64,000 nucleotides of DNA from NCBI GenBank assembly GCA_040384565.1, contig JAZKJC010000008.1:18049-82048 (forward strand). Reading direction: 5' to 3'. The notes under the pieces were generated by a model. The model did not search any database. It saw only the letters and a list, made by a program, of their open reading frames with translations, and was not told the origin of the DNA. The DNA is from Patescibacteria group bacterium. Lineage in GTDB: Bacteria; Patescibacteriota; Saccharimonadia; Saccharimonadales; JAZKJC01. Below are positions 47,633-56,981 of the stretch, in pieces; positions within the stretch are counted from its first letter, which is position 1, and every line of letters starts with the position of its first letter. Made by a program: the position numbers and the translations under genes.

Positions 47633-48610
47633 TTGATAATAATGCTTGAAGCACCGTTTGCAATTCTTGTTATTCTCATTTTAGTAACGGTTAGTGGCTT
47701 TGCGACCAACTACAAGCGGCGCCATAGAAAGTTCGAAACTGCCGGGACTTCTATTCTTATGACTTATTATACAGAGGGAATGGAGCTTATACCCCTGAAA
47801 AAGGGCTTAATAGGCGATATGCACTTCACGGCAATTGCTGCTTTTTCTAAACTAATCAACGGTGCAGACAGCAGGCCGGCGCTTTTATTCCGCGTTGAAC
47901 TGCCTTTTCACAGCCGAGTTCACTTACTTGGTATTCCCAAGCAGTCCGGCGCAATACAGCTGGAACCAGCTGGAGGTAAAAGTGTGATGGAACTGGTTGA
48001 ATTAGAAGGTGATTACCCGAAATACTTTTCGCTGTTTGCGGAAAAGGAAATGCAAGCTCAGAGCAGGTATGTGCTTGATCCAAAGGCAATGGTATTTACT
48101 ATTGATTTCTGCCAGTCGCATAACTGGGAAATCTTGGGTGGGGATCTCTATTTTGTACAAGCTACTGCTAATGTTCCGGGTGATAAGACGAACATGATCG
48201 ATGACGCAGTACAGTTTGTAAAGGAAATCGAGCCTGCGATAGCCATACCTCTAACGGAAACTGAAATCCGTCTGCGTACGCCATACAACGAAGAGCGAAG
48301 AACCGATTTGGCGTGTCCACTGTGTAATAAAACTTTGCTAAACGAGCAAAGCTTTCTGGCGTGTCCGGATAACCATGGATTTCTACTGAAAGCGACTGTT
48401 CTACTACAAATAAACCGTGGAACCGTGGTTTTACCAAATGTTTCTGCGCATGAAAACGTAAAACGCAACATACCTGCTGCCTGTCCAGCGTGTGGAGAGA
48501 TTATGAAGCATGTACCTTACAACGGCGGCAAAACCATTATAGATAGCTGCAATAACTGCCCATACCGCTGGCTCGACGCAGGCGAGTTAGTAGCAAATAT
48601 GACCAACTAA
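47633..48610 (+). CDS. Membrane-anchored protein with C-terminal TFIIB-type zinc ribbons
   Basis: CPLC..CPDNHG, CPAC...IDSCNNC..RWLDAGEL. Confidence 0.7.
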   Translation: MIIMLEAPFAILVILILVTVSGFATNYKRRHRKFETAGTSILMTYYTEGMELIPLKKGLIGDMHFTAIAAFSKLINGADSRPALLFRVELPFHSRVHLLGIPKQSGAIQLEPAGGKSVMELVELEGDYPKYFSLFAEKEMQAQSRYVLDPKAMVFTIDFCQSHNWEILGGDLYFVQATANVPGDKTNMIDDAVQFVKEIEPAIAIPLTETEIRLRTPYNEERRTDLACPLCNKTLLNEQSFLACPDNHGFLLKATVLLQINRGTVVLPNVSAHENVKRNIPAACPACGEIMKHVPYNGGKTIIDSCNNCPYRWLDAGELVANMTN

Positions 48611-48693
48611 AAAAACAGTAAGTACCCAGAAAGATCCGTGAGGGCGATATACCGTAACTTTGATGTCCTAAACGACATTAAAGCCCGACAAGC

Positions 48694-49554
48694 TTAGGTC
48701 TCAATTTTATTCTGTTTGATCCAAAGCCTTACAGCCTGCACATGCGAGCAATCGCCTCGCTTAGCAAAAGGCTTTTGCCCATTAGACAACGGGCAATCAC
48801 AACCCCAGTCATGATTAGATATAAAAATAAGCTCGTGGTCACTTGTGTTTCCTTTTACTAAAAAGCTAATGTTACTCCTAGCCTGTACTTTGTTATTTAG
48901 AAAATATTTAAGAGCTTGGTGAAACAGTTTAATAAATGAAATATACGATCCTGAAGCCAGATACTGACGAGCGTATTTTAAGGTATGTGACTGAAGATTT
49001 TGGGGTAAGTCATTAAACTGCCGTCTATTTTGCAAGCTGCTTTGTATGCACTCGCTTACTGCTTTTCTCTTAGCTACACTTATGTTAAATAACAGTATAT
49101 CTGGACGTGCTAAAATCTGTTGAGTCAGTTCATTATGATATACGATCGTAATTGTGCCGATGAAATCATTAGATGCATCTAAATACTTTTTGAGCAAAGA
49201 CTTAAACTTTTCTGAATAGAGCTGCATTTGACCAATTTCATCGATATAGAGCAATTCATTTGCATGGAACGTTGAAAGACTTTTTACGAATCCATCAAGT
49301 ACATTCGGCTGGACATAGTAATGCCCGACTTTCTTGCTCGACAGCCTATCTATTTGAGCCAGGACCGCGGTGTTTCCACTCGTATCCTCAACCATGAAAC
49401 CCGTACGACGACCATTTTGAGACACTTCTTTACTGACAAAGCCCTTTTTTGCGTCTATGTCTTTAAGCACGCTGATAAGCATAGTACTCTTGCCACTTTT
49501 TGGCTGACCCGTAATAAGTATTTTCATTCTCTCAATGTTATCATGCCGAATCAT
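48694..49554 (-). CDS. NTPase_1 (THEP1-like) fused to SWIM zinc finger
   Basis: ITGQPKSGKST, R.GF, KVGHY, IDEIGQMQ; CDC...CSHV. Confidence 0.85.
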   Translation of the reverse strand: MIRHDNIERMKILITGQPKSGKSTMLISVLKDIDAKKGFVSKEVSQNGRRTGFMVEDTSGNTAVLAQIDRLSSKKVGHYYVQPNVLDGFVKSLSTFHANELLYIDEIGQMQLYSEKFKSLLKKYLDASNDFIGTITIVYHNELTQQILARPDILLFNISVAKRKAVSECIQSSLQNRRQFNDLPQNLQSHTLKYARQYLASGSYISFIKLFHQALKYFLNNKVQARSNISFLVKGNTSDHELIFISNHDWGCDCPLSNGQKPFAKRGDCSHVQAVRLWIKQNKIET

Positions 49555-49582
49555 ATCCGTTAGGACGTGATAGTATAGCTAC

Positions 49583-50209
49583 ATGATCAACATAACGGCG
49601 AAATCCCCAAATGAAGCTTGGGTAGAAACGTTCAAAGCTCTTTTACAAAAGAGCAGTGAAACAGGGAACAAAAAGTACTTTCGTGATGAGACAACAGTTA
49701 TTGAGATCACTCACCCGTCAGTTGCCCCAGCGGATTCACGCTTCCCTATGGCACAAGCCGATCTTGATGTTATCAACCATTACATTCATACGGGAGAGAA
49801 TGAGGAGAATGTCGTTCATGAGTGGACCAAGCTCTACTATCACCGCGCCTTTGATAAGCCAAAATCCCAAATAGAATTTTTGATAGATAAATTGAATGCC
49901 GATCAACCCGTTGGCGAGGCACAGATTTCGATGTGGAATAAAAATATAGATCAGGGGCAGAAAGTATCCCCTTGCACTCAAATTATATGGGCTCGTATTA
50001 AACATAACCGACTAGAGCTACACGTACACGCTAATTCTTCTGATGCCTATAACAAGCTGCTTATGAACATGTTGGAGTTCATATCCCTACAGCACTATAT
50101 TGCCCAAAAAGTAAATGTGCCGGTGGGCAAATTCTACCATTTCATCGACTCTTGCCATTTGCACCATAAAGATATTACAGTTATTACAGAGCTCCATGCT
50201 AAGCTATAA
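49583..50209 (+). CDS. Divergent thymidylate synthase-fold protein
   Basis: YYHR, QIEFLIDKL, SPC, NSSDA...MN, G.FYHFIDSCHLH. Confidence 0.8.
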   Translation: MINITAKSPNEAWVETFKALLQKSSETGNKKYFRDETTVIEITHPSVAPADSRFPMAQADLDVINHYIHTGENEENVVHEWTKLYYHRAFDKPKSQIEFLIDKLNADQPVGEAQISMWNKNIDQGQKVSPCTQIIWARIKHNRLELHVHANSSDAYNKLLMNMLEFISLQHYIAQKVNVPVGKFYHFIDSCHLHHKDITVITELHAKL

Positions 50210-50258
50210 CAGAAGAATGCGTTTGATTATAAATTAATATTATGGTATACCGTTTACT

Positions 50259-51470
50259 ATGAAAAGTGAGTTAGCCCCGGCTGTTATTGCTGGATTTGAC
50301 TTTGTACAAGGTGCCGACGCCCCAGATATTAATGACACGTACCGTCATAATTTGAGCCGCCTGGTACTTCTTCAGGATAAAGGCGTCACTCATTTTTATG
50401 GTTGTTATCTTGACCTTGAACCGGATAATAAGGTCTGGATGAGCCCGGTTGAGGTAGATGACGGCGAAAACTATTCATATTTTCAAGTTTTATACGTCAA
50501 TACCACTCCGCAGGAAGCTTTGGACAGAAAAGATTTACCCGTATCTGGGCTGGAAGTAAACGAAACCAGCTTTAAACTGAACTCTAGTACTGACCCCGAG
50601 TTTCGGCAGTTGATGGCTCAATTTGATAGTGGGGAAAAACATATTCTTGTAAGATACTGCAATAATGGCATGGCATACTACCCCCGCAGCATTACACCCA
50701 GACAAGAAACTGAAGTCCGCAATAGACACCTGGAAAAATTAATCGTTGCAACAGGATTACGCGAACCAGAATTAACTATCTCTTTGGTCATGCCATCACA
50801 AAATGGCAATTCTATAATCACTCCACAGCTTTTTGACACCGTTCACGCCAAAAAATTTCCTTTTAACGGCGGTGAAGTATACTCATACGGCATATTACTA
50901 GAGGATGACCCTTGGCAATATTATGAAGTCTTTACGCCACGCAGAATTGAGAAAATGACAGGTAGCGATTTGCTAGTACGCATTGACTCGGGGTGTGATA
51001 TCGGGCAGATATATGATGACCATGGCTGTGATTGCCGCGAGCAGTTTCATGGTGCCTTAGCGGAAATGCAGCAATTAGGCCGGGGTGTAGTTATACATAT
51101 TCCAGCTCAGGACGGCAGAGGTTATGGTACGGCGACAAAAATGGAAACAGAAGGATTAAAACGGGGCATTGAAGTCGCTACTAACCATAGTAATGCTAAA
51201 CCTGTAGATACGATAACTGCAGCGCAAATGGTGCTAGGGACTGAATTTGATATAAGGACCTATAGGGGCGCGGGTAGGTTGCTCACGATGCTTGGTCTTA
51301 GGTCTATAATTCTTCAAACTGACAATCGCTTGAAGACAGCCGGAGTAATTAGTGAAGGAATAGATGTGAGAAGAACCCCAACCAACACCAGTGGAGCTAA
51401 TGGTTCAATGCAACATGTAGAAGCCAAACACCTTCACTCAAAAATATACTATGAGGCAAGCAGGGCTTAA
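50259..51470 (+). CDS. GTP cyclohydrolase II-like protein with N-terminal extension
   Basis: VRIDSGC.(10).CDC zinc motif, QDGRG, DIRTY, LQTDN..K. Confidence 0.85.
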   Translation: MKSELAPAVIAGFDFVQGADAPDINDTYRHNLSRLVLLQDKGVTHFYGCYLDLEPDNKVWMSPVEVDDGENYSYFQVLYVNTTPQEALDRKDLPVSGLEVNETSFKLNSSTDPEFRQLMAQFDSGEKHILVRYCNNGMAYYPRSITPRQETEVRNRHLEKLIVATGLREPELTISLVMPSQNGNSIITPQLFDTVHAKKFPFNGGEVYSYGILLEDDPWQYYEVFTPRRIEKMTGSDLLVRIDSGCDIGQIYDDHGCDCREQFHGALAEMQQLGRGVVIHIPAQDGRGYGTATKMETEGLKRGIEVATNHSNAKPVDTITAAQMVLGTEFDIRTYRGAGRLLTMLGLRSIILQTDNRLKTAGVISEGIDVRRTPTNTSGANGSMQHVEAKHLHSKIYYEASRA

Positions 51471-52362
51471 CATGGAAAGTATAGAACCGGCAGAGCCTTA
51501 CTATCCACCCGCAGCGCCTGGAATTGAAAAAATTAGAAATCGCTGGATAGAGATTGATTCGATGGCCGGGCTAGGAATAGATCCAGACCTTGAAAGAATT
51601 CCGGCGGAAATCTGGGAAGAAGTCGGCGGAGCTGAAAATGTTGCCGACGGGATCACACTATTTGCAAAAGGTATCATAGACGCGACGGCTGATCTTGTGG
51701 TTGATATGAAGCCTAACCCCGTCTTCTTTAAGGGCAGCGCAGGTCGTCTTGCTCTTGCCAATACTTTTGCTTATATGAAAGAAAAGCATCCCGGTGTCCT
51801 GCGAGTGTGTGACGGTAAGTTTGCCGAAGTCGGGCACTCAGCAGAAAAAATTGCCGATGAAATTTTTGGCGATTTAGACGCCGATGCCGTATTGCTTAAT
51901 CCCTACTTAGGTTTTGACGCGATTGAGCCTTTTGCTAAGTGGAAAGATAAGTTGGTAATTTTGTGTGTCAATACTTCTAATCCTTCGGCAGCGCAGATTC
52001 AAAACTTACCGCTGACCGATGGTAACCCGCTATGGAAACACATACTGCTGGAAAGCATGCAATCATGGAATTATAACGGGAACATCATACCAGTTATGAG
52101 TGCTACACATCCAGACAATTTAATTGGAATAAGGGATATCGTCGGCGATACGCCAATACTACTGGCTGGAGTAGGCAGCCAAGGTGGTAGTGTAGATGAG
52201 ACGGTGCCTGGCTGTCTGGATTCGCAAGGTTACGGACTCATGATTGGCGCTTCTCGCGCAGTGCTATACCCAGATGTTCAGGCGGGCGAAACAGCCATCC
52301 ATGCATCTCGGCGCGCGGCCCTGACACTACGCGACAACATCAATTTAGCAAAGGCTGCTTGA
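51451..52362 (+). CDS. Orotidine-5'-phosphate decarboxylase-like (PyrF type 2)
   Basis: GLGIDP, KPN, DGKFAE, NPYLGFD, TSNPSA, GVGSQGG, SRAV. Confidence 0.85.
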   Translation: MRQAGLNMESIEPAEPYYPPAAPGIEKIRNRWIEIDSMAGLGIDPDLERIPAEIWEEVGGAENVADGITLFAKGIIDATADLVVDMKPNPVFFKGSAGRLALANTFAYMKEKHPGVLRVCDGKFAEVGHSAEKIADEIFGDLDADAVLLNPYLGFDAIEPFAKWKDKLVILCVNTSNPSAAQIQNLPLTDGNPLWKHILLESMQSWNYNGNIIPVMSATHPDNLIGIRDIVGDTPILLAGVGSQGGSVDETVPGCLDSQGYGLMIGASRAVLYPDVQAGETAIHASRRAALTLRDNINLAKAA

Positions 52363-53003
52363 TGAACAAAATCATATTCGCCCCAGAACAGCGCAGCGCA
52401 GAGTTAGACCTCGCGCATGAACGTAAACTTCTAAAGGATCGGCTATTCATTTTACTACTTGGGCCATCTGGAGTTGGTAAATCCACCATTATAAAAGAAT
52501 TAAATAATCTAACTGGTAACACCAGATTTTCTTATGTGAAACCTTTTATGACAAGACCGCTTCGCCCTGATGAAACAGATAAAATTAGCATTAGTTCTGA
52601 AGGATTTGATCAGATGAAAGATCGAAGTGAGTTCGTGGTTGTAAACGATAGGTACCATGTACGCTATGGTACGCCTCTGTCCGGCATCCTTAGTCCGCTC
52701 AGCCAGCAGATAACACCAATTCTAGATTACCCACTGGAAACAGTGCCAGCACTGCAAAGACCAGAGTACGACACCCTTAATTTTTATGTCTATCCGGCTT
52801 CAATTGAGGAGTGGAAACAAAGAATGGAGAGTAGCGGGAGAAATATGAATGGTCGATTGGAGGCAGGCTTACATGAGCTAGGCAGACTTGCTGCACTAGG
52901 TTTTGTCCACCCTGATATTGATTTAAGCGTTGTTAATGCAGATGGCGCCAGTAGCGCTGCAGCACACGATATTCTAGAATGCATAGACACGCTGGTCACG
53001 TAG
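52359..53003 (+). CDS. Guanylate kinase-like protein
   Basis: GPSGVGKST, TRPLRPDE, YGTP. Confidence 0.85.
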   Translation: MMNKIIFAPEQRSAELDLAHERKLLKDRLFILLLGPSGVGKSTIIKELNNLTGNTRFSYVKPFMTRPLRPDETDKISISSEGFDQMKDRSEFVVVNDRYHVRYGTPLSGILSPLSQQITPILDYPLETVPALQRPEYDTLNFYVYPASIEEWKQRMESSGRNMNGRLEAGLHELGRLAALGFVHPDIDLSVVNADGASSAAAHDILECIDTLVT

Positions 53004-53004
53004 T

Positions 53005-53403
53005 TCAGTTTGCTTCAGCAGTTGGCACTTCTGGCTGTGCTCGCGCCTGAGCTTGCTCGACGCTTCCGTAGGCATGCATTGATCCCGGGACAAGCCTATA
53101 TGCTGGCCTATCCTCTTGTGGGTAGACCATTGGATTACCTATTACGTTAGCACAAGAGGCACAGGCTAGGGAACCGGCTCTTTTTATAGTCTTGGACGTG
53201 AGATCCACCAGTTCTAACACAAGCGCTGGAGGCCAAACTATTCGGTCGTTATAACACCTTTTTAACTGACCTGGACCATCTTTCTGATACACCATTACCG
53301 GCTCTTCACAACTAGCACAAGCTATATACAAAAACCTCGAAGCGCCCCGAGCACGAGCATATCTATCTTTTCGGGGCTTAAACGTATCATTTGGAAATTC
53401 CAT
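53005..53403 (-). CDS. Zinc-binding hypothetical protein
   Basis: CASC..YQKDGPG.LKRCY.DRI, second CASC; start MEFPND. Confidence 0.7.
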   Translation of the reverse strand: MEFPNDTFKPRKDRYARARGASRFLYIACASCEEPVMVYQKDGPGQLKRCYNDRIVWPPALVLELVDLTSKTIKRAGSLACASCANVIGNPMVYPQEDRPAYRLVPGSMHAYGSVEQAQARAQPEVPTAEAN

Positions 53404-53569
53404 TTGGCTATTATTATACAATATACAAGGTATTAATCCCAGTGTTTCATTCTTACAGCATCCCTCGCCAACCCTGTCCACGCTGTTCTACGCACTACGG
53501 CCACCTTGCGGTCTACTGGCTCATTGATCATTCCCAGACGATATAAAACATTACACGTTCTTGTTTTAC

Positions 53570-55564
53570 CTATTTGCGGGCTAGTTTTTGTTTGATAATT
53601 TTCTTGATTTTAGTGCGCAAGGGCGGGCTTACTATTGGCAGGCTAAAGTAAAATTTTGTACCTGTGCCATGAGATGATTCAAACCAGAGTTTGCCGTGCA
53701 TTTGCTCAATGTATTCTTTGGTTATGTACATACCTAGCCCTGTACCTGTGACGCTTTTGCGGTCTTCATGTTCCACGCGGAAGAACTTTTCAAACATATG
53801 GGCTTTTTGGTCTTCTGGGATGCCTAAGCCATTATCTTCTATGCATGTGACTAACAGATTGTCTTGGACTTGGTGGGAAACTATTACGTGACCACCGGGA
53901 CGGTTGTATTTGATGGCGTTTGAAACAAAATTATTAATTATTATTCTGAGTCTTTGCTCATCCGCAAGCACGTCTGCTTCGTGTACGTGCTTGTACTCCA
54001 GGGTTACATTGGTAATTTTAGCCACGACGGCCATGGTGCTTATGACGTCTTCTACGACAGGCTTAATTGGCACTGTCGTTAGCGCGAACTCTGACCGGCC
54101 ACTTTCTAGACGGGCGACGTTGAGCATATCATTTACCAAATCGCGCAGGCGAGCCGATCCGTAATATGCTTGGTCAATCAGAAACTTTGCCTTATCATCC
54201 AGTTTTTTGTCGTACATTTCATTAAACATTGATAAATGACCGATAATTGCGGTCAGTGGTGCCCGCAGCTCATGAGTGGCCACAGATATAAATTCTTTAT
54301 TTTTCTCATCTACGGATTTTTCGACATCAAAAATACGTTGGGCCATAGCATTCATGGTTTCCGCCAGACGCACAAATTCGCCGTCAGCATGGTCTAGCGC
54401 AATTTTATAATCCAGCCTGCCCGAACCAAATACCATAGCCCCACTAACAAGGCTAACAATATTGCGCAGGGTCCGCTGTATAAAGAATGTGCCAACCCAA
54501 ACAAAGCCCACCATAAATAACCCAATCACTACCACAGCCGCAAGCTGCGCATCCCTAAGAGTCGCCAGTACGGCTGCCGTAGGCGAAGCAATTGCCACCG
54601 ACCAGTTGGACGAGCCAGCCGGTGCCCCCACAACCGTATGGTCTACATTGTCCAGAGGTATATTTATATACGGTTCATGATGCAGTTCATTAATGCTGGT
54701 TTTGAACCCGTCAGCATCTTTAAGAATAGGGTAGGCCGGGCTGCCGGTGCTATCCAGTAATAACGCTAATGTCCTTGTCCGGTCTATCGGGGCACTTTCC
54801 CAAACCTGCCTAATGAAATTTTCGTTTTGCAAATCATAGGCAGCCAAAACACTCCCGCCAGGAATTTGAAAAGCAAAAACGGCCAATTGGTAACCCTCGG
54901 CAGTGGCTAGCTTACCTCTTATTGAGCCTACTAACGCACTCTCCGCATCAGGCTGAAAAATATTTGTAGAAGCCTTGAATATGCCGGAGTAGGCCGAACT
55001 GACAGGTTGTTTTTTGTCGTTAATTATCAGTAACGCCAAAGTTTCTGGGAAAAATTGCTTAAACGCGGAAATACGTTCATTTATACGCTGGTTTTGGTCT
55101 TGAATCATTTCCTCGCCAAGCAATACGTATTCGTTTTCCAAAGACGCTAGGTTACCTGTGTTACTGCCCGCAAAACCACCGCGGAATGGCTCGCAGACAC
55201 CATTTGGAGCATCCTTGAAAGTAAACTTTTTCTGCATGTGGGCCCGGCAAGCATCACGGTTGTCATCTAATTGTTTTCTGTCGGAGTTATATTCGCTTTT
55301 GATTACAAATAGCTCCGTACCGCTTTGCTTGAGAATAGTTTCACGCAGGGCAAACTCACGCTCCAGCGTAGCGGCAGTTGTTGTGGCGGAACGCTTAAGG
55401 CCATCTATAGCTTGCCGGTGCAAAATATTTCCAAGCTGCCAAATGGTTGCCGCGCTCAACAACAATAGAGCCACAAAAGGCGGCGCCAACACTCGCATGA
55501 CAAACCGACGGTGCAGGTTACCGTTATTTTTGCTCTCAGACATAAGCATTATTGTACATGGCAA
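53570..55564 (-). CDS. Sensor histidine kinase (2 TM, HAMP, HisKA, HATPase)
   Basis: ATHELRAPL, SNAIKYN, DNGLGI, FEKFFRV, GTGLGM. Confidence 0.95.
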   Translation of the reverse strand: MPCTIMLMSESKNNGNLHRRFVMRVLAPPFVALLLLSAATIWQLGNILHRQAIDGLKRSATTTAATLEREFALRETILKQSGTELFVIKSEYNSDRKQLDDNRDACRAHMQKKFTFKDAPNGVCEPFRGGFAGSNTGNLASLENEYVLLGEEMIQDQNQRINERISAFKQFFPETLALLIINDKKQPVSSAYSGIFKASTNIFQPDAESALVGSIRGKLATAEGYQLAVFAFQIPGGSVLAAYDLQNENFIRQVWESAPIDRTRTLALLLDSTGSPAYPILKDADGFKTSINELHHEPYINIPLDNVDHTVVGAPAGSSNWSVAIASPTAAVLATLRDAQLAAVVVIGLFMVGFVWVGTFFIQRTLRNIVSLVSGAMVFGSGRLDYKIALDHADGEFVRLAETMNAMAQRIFDVEKSVDEKNKEFISVATHELRAPLTAIIGHLSMFNEMYDKKLDDKAKFLIDQAYYGSARLRDLVNDMLNVARLESGRSEFALTTVPIKPVVEDVISTMAVVAKITNVTLEYKHVHEADVLADEQRLRIIINNFVSNAIKYNRPGGHVIVSHQVQDNLLVTCIEDNGLGIPEDQKAHMFEKFFRVEHEDRKSVTGTGLGMYITKEYIEQMHGKLWFESSHGTGTKFYFSLPIVSPPLRTKIKKIIKQKLARK

Positions 55565-55589
55565 ACATCGATATTGGTTAGGTTGAGCG

Positions 55590-56462
55590 CTATATTCCTA
55601 TACAGTTATGCGCTGTGTTTATAGTTGCTGACTGCGTGAATGTTGGAGCATCAATGGTAATCTGCAGGCTAAAGTTGGTGGCCGGGAGACAGGGGAGGGT
55701 GATTACTTTTTGCCTTGTAGTTAGTGAGCTTCCGTTTGGAGCCGAGAAACTACTAGTTTCATTGGCACTTTGTAAACTACTGCGCCAGCTATAACTGACG
55801 GTTCCGGGCCCGTTCTGAGTGCTTAAGCCAGAGTTAAATACATAAATTTTTGAACACGTTTGGGGCTTGGGTTTAGGGGTCGTACAGTCCAGTGAGCTGC
55901 TATCTAACTGAAAACTGGCTATTGAGGCACTAAATATTAAAGGTGCTGGCGGCGGGCTGCCGGCAGGAGGAGGTGGGCTTGTAGTAGGCGAAGTTGTGCC
56001 ACCGCCAGTGGATGCTGTGCCATTAGCTGATGTACTGCCATTGGTATTTATTGCAAATGACGACGGACTGCCGGCAGGTACCGCCGCAGCTGGCTGATTG
56101 TTAGCATTATCACTATTCTTTTTGAGTTCATCAGTTTTATCTTTGCTCAAAAGCGTACCATAACCTTGACCCCCGTTAGTCACCCCAGCCAGGAGGTCTG
56201 CCAATGATGACTTTTGTGATACTCGTAGATATGTAGCAGTGCCAGCCAATAGCAAAAAGATTAACGTCAAAATCACAGGCAGGCTATAATCACGCACAAA
56301 CCGCCTAGCACGAATATAGGGATGAACCCAGCTAGTATTAAGGCTCTCGCGAAATATTTTGGTAAGACGCTTGTTTGAATCTATACCAGTCACTCTGAAC
56401 TTTGGCCTAGATCGAACATGTGATATTTTGCTGTACATATTTGTTATTTTTACTACTATCAA
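55590..56462 (-). CDS. Membrane-anchored hypothetical protein
   Basis: TM, P/S/T linker, Cys-containing beta domain. Confidence 0.65.
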   Translation of the reverse strand: MIVVKITNMYSKISHVRSRPKFRVTGIDSNKRLTKIFRESLNTSWVHPYIRARRFVRDYSLPVILTLIFLLLAGTATYLRVSQKSSLADLLAGVTNGGQGYGTLLSKDKTDELKKNSDNANNQPAAAVPAGSPSSFAINTNGSTSANGTASTGGGTTSPTTSPPPPAGSPPPAPLIFSASIASFQLDSSSLDCTTPKPKPQTCSKIYVFNSGLSTQNGPGTVSYSWRSSLQSANETSSFSAPNGSSLTTRQKVITLPCLPATNFSLQITIDAPTFTQSATINTAHNCIGI

Positions 56463-56529
56463 GTATGTCAGTATTCTGCAGGTTGTCCAGTCTTTTCTCT
56501 ATAAATTACTCTGCGTGCTTGTGGTTTGA

Positions 56530-56787
56530 TTAGGCTGCTGCGTCCCCTGCAATTACTTCAGCTCCAGTAACTTCTTTTGAGGCAGTGACATAATCAGAAT
56601 ATGCCCTTATGGCAGTTCTGCCTAAAGGGGGCGGGAATAACGTGGCCCTTAACTGCGGACCCATGACAGCGCTTCGCAACGCGTCATGACCGGGCGTATG
56701 TCCAAAATAATTTACAATGCTTACAGCACCCCCATGGGGGACTTCAGCCTCTAGCGGGCCACTAAGCCCAGCTTCAACTACACCCAT
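56530..56787 (-). CDS. Hypothetical protein
   Basis: 85-aa ORF with AAGGA upstream. Confidence 0.4.
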   Translation of the reverse strand: MGVVEAGLSGPLEAEVPHGGAVSIVNYFGHTPGHDALRSAVMGPQLRATLFPPPLGRTAIRAYSDYVTASKEVTGAEVIAGDAAA

Positions 56788-56981
56788 TCACATCCTTTTT
56801 CTTAAGCAAATATACGATAACAGTTACGTTAAATATTTTCTGTTAGATTTTTTACATCTACAGTTGTTGTTTTATTAATCTATTTTGTGGACTAATGTTG
56901 ACGGTTATGCTACCTTGTTCTCAGAAACAAATATCTCTTTGGGACTTAAACTGGTGACAAACATAATAAGGAGGGTCAGTC

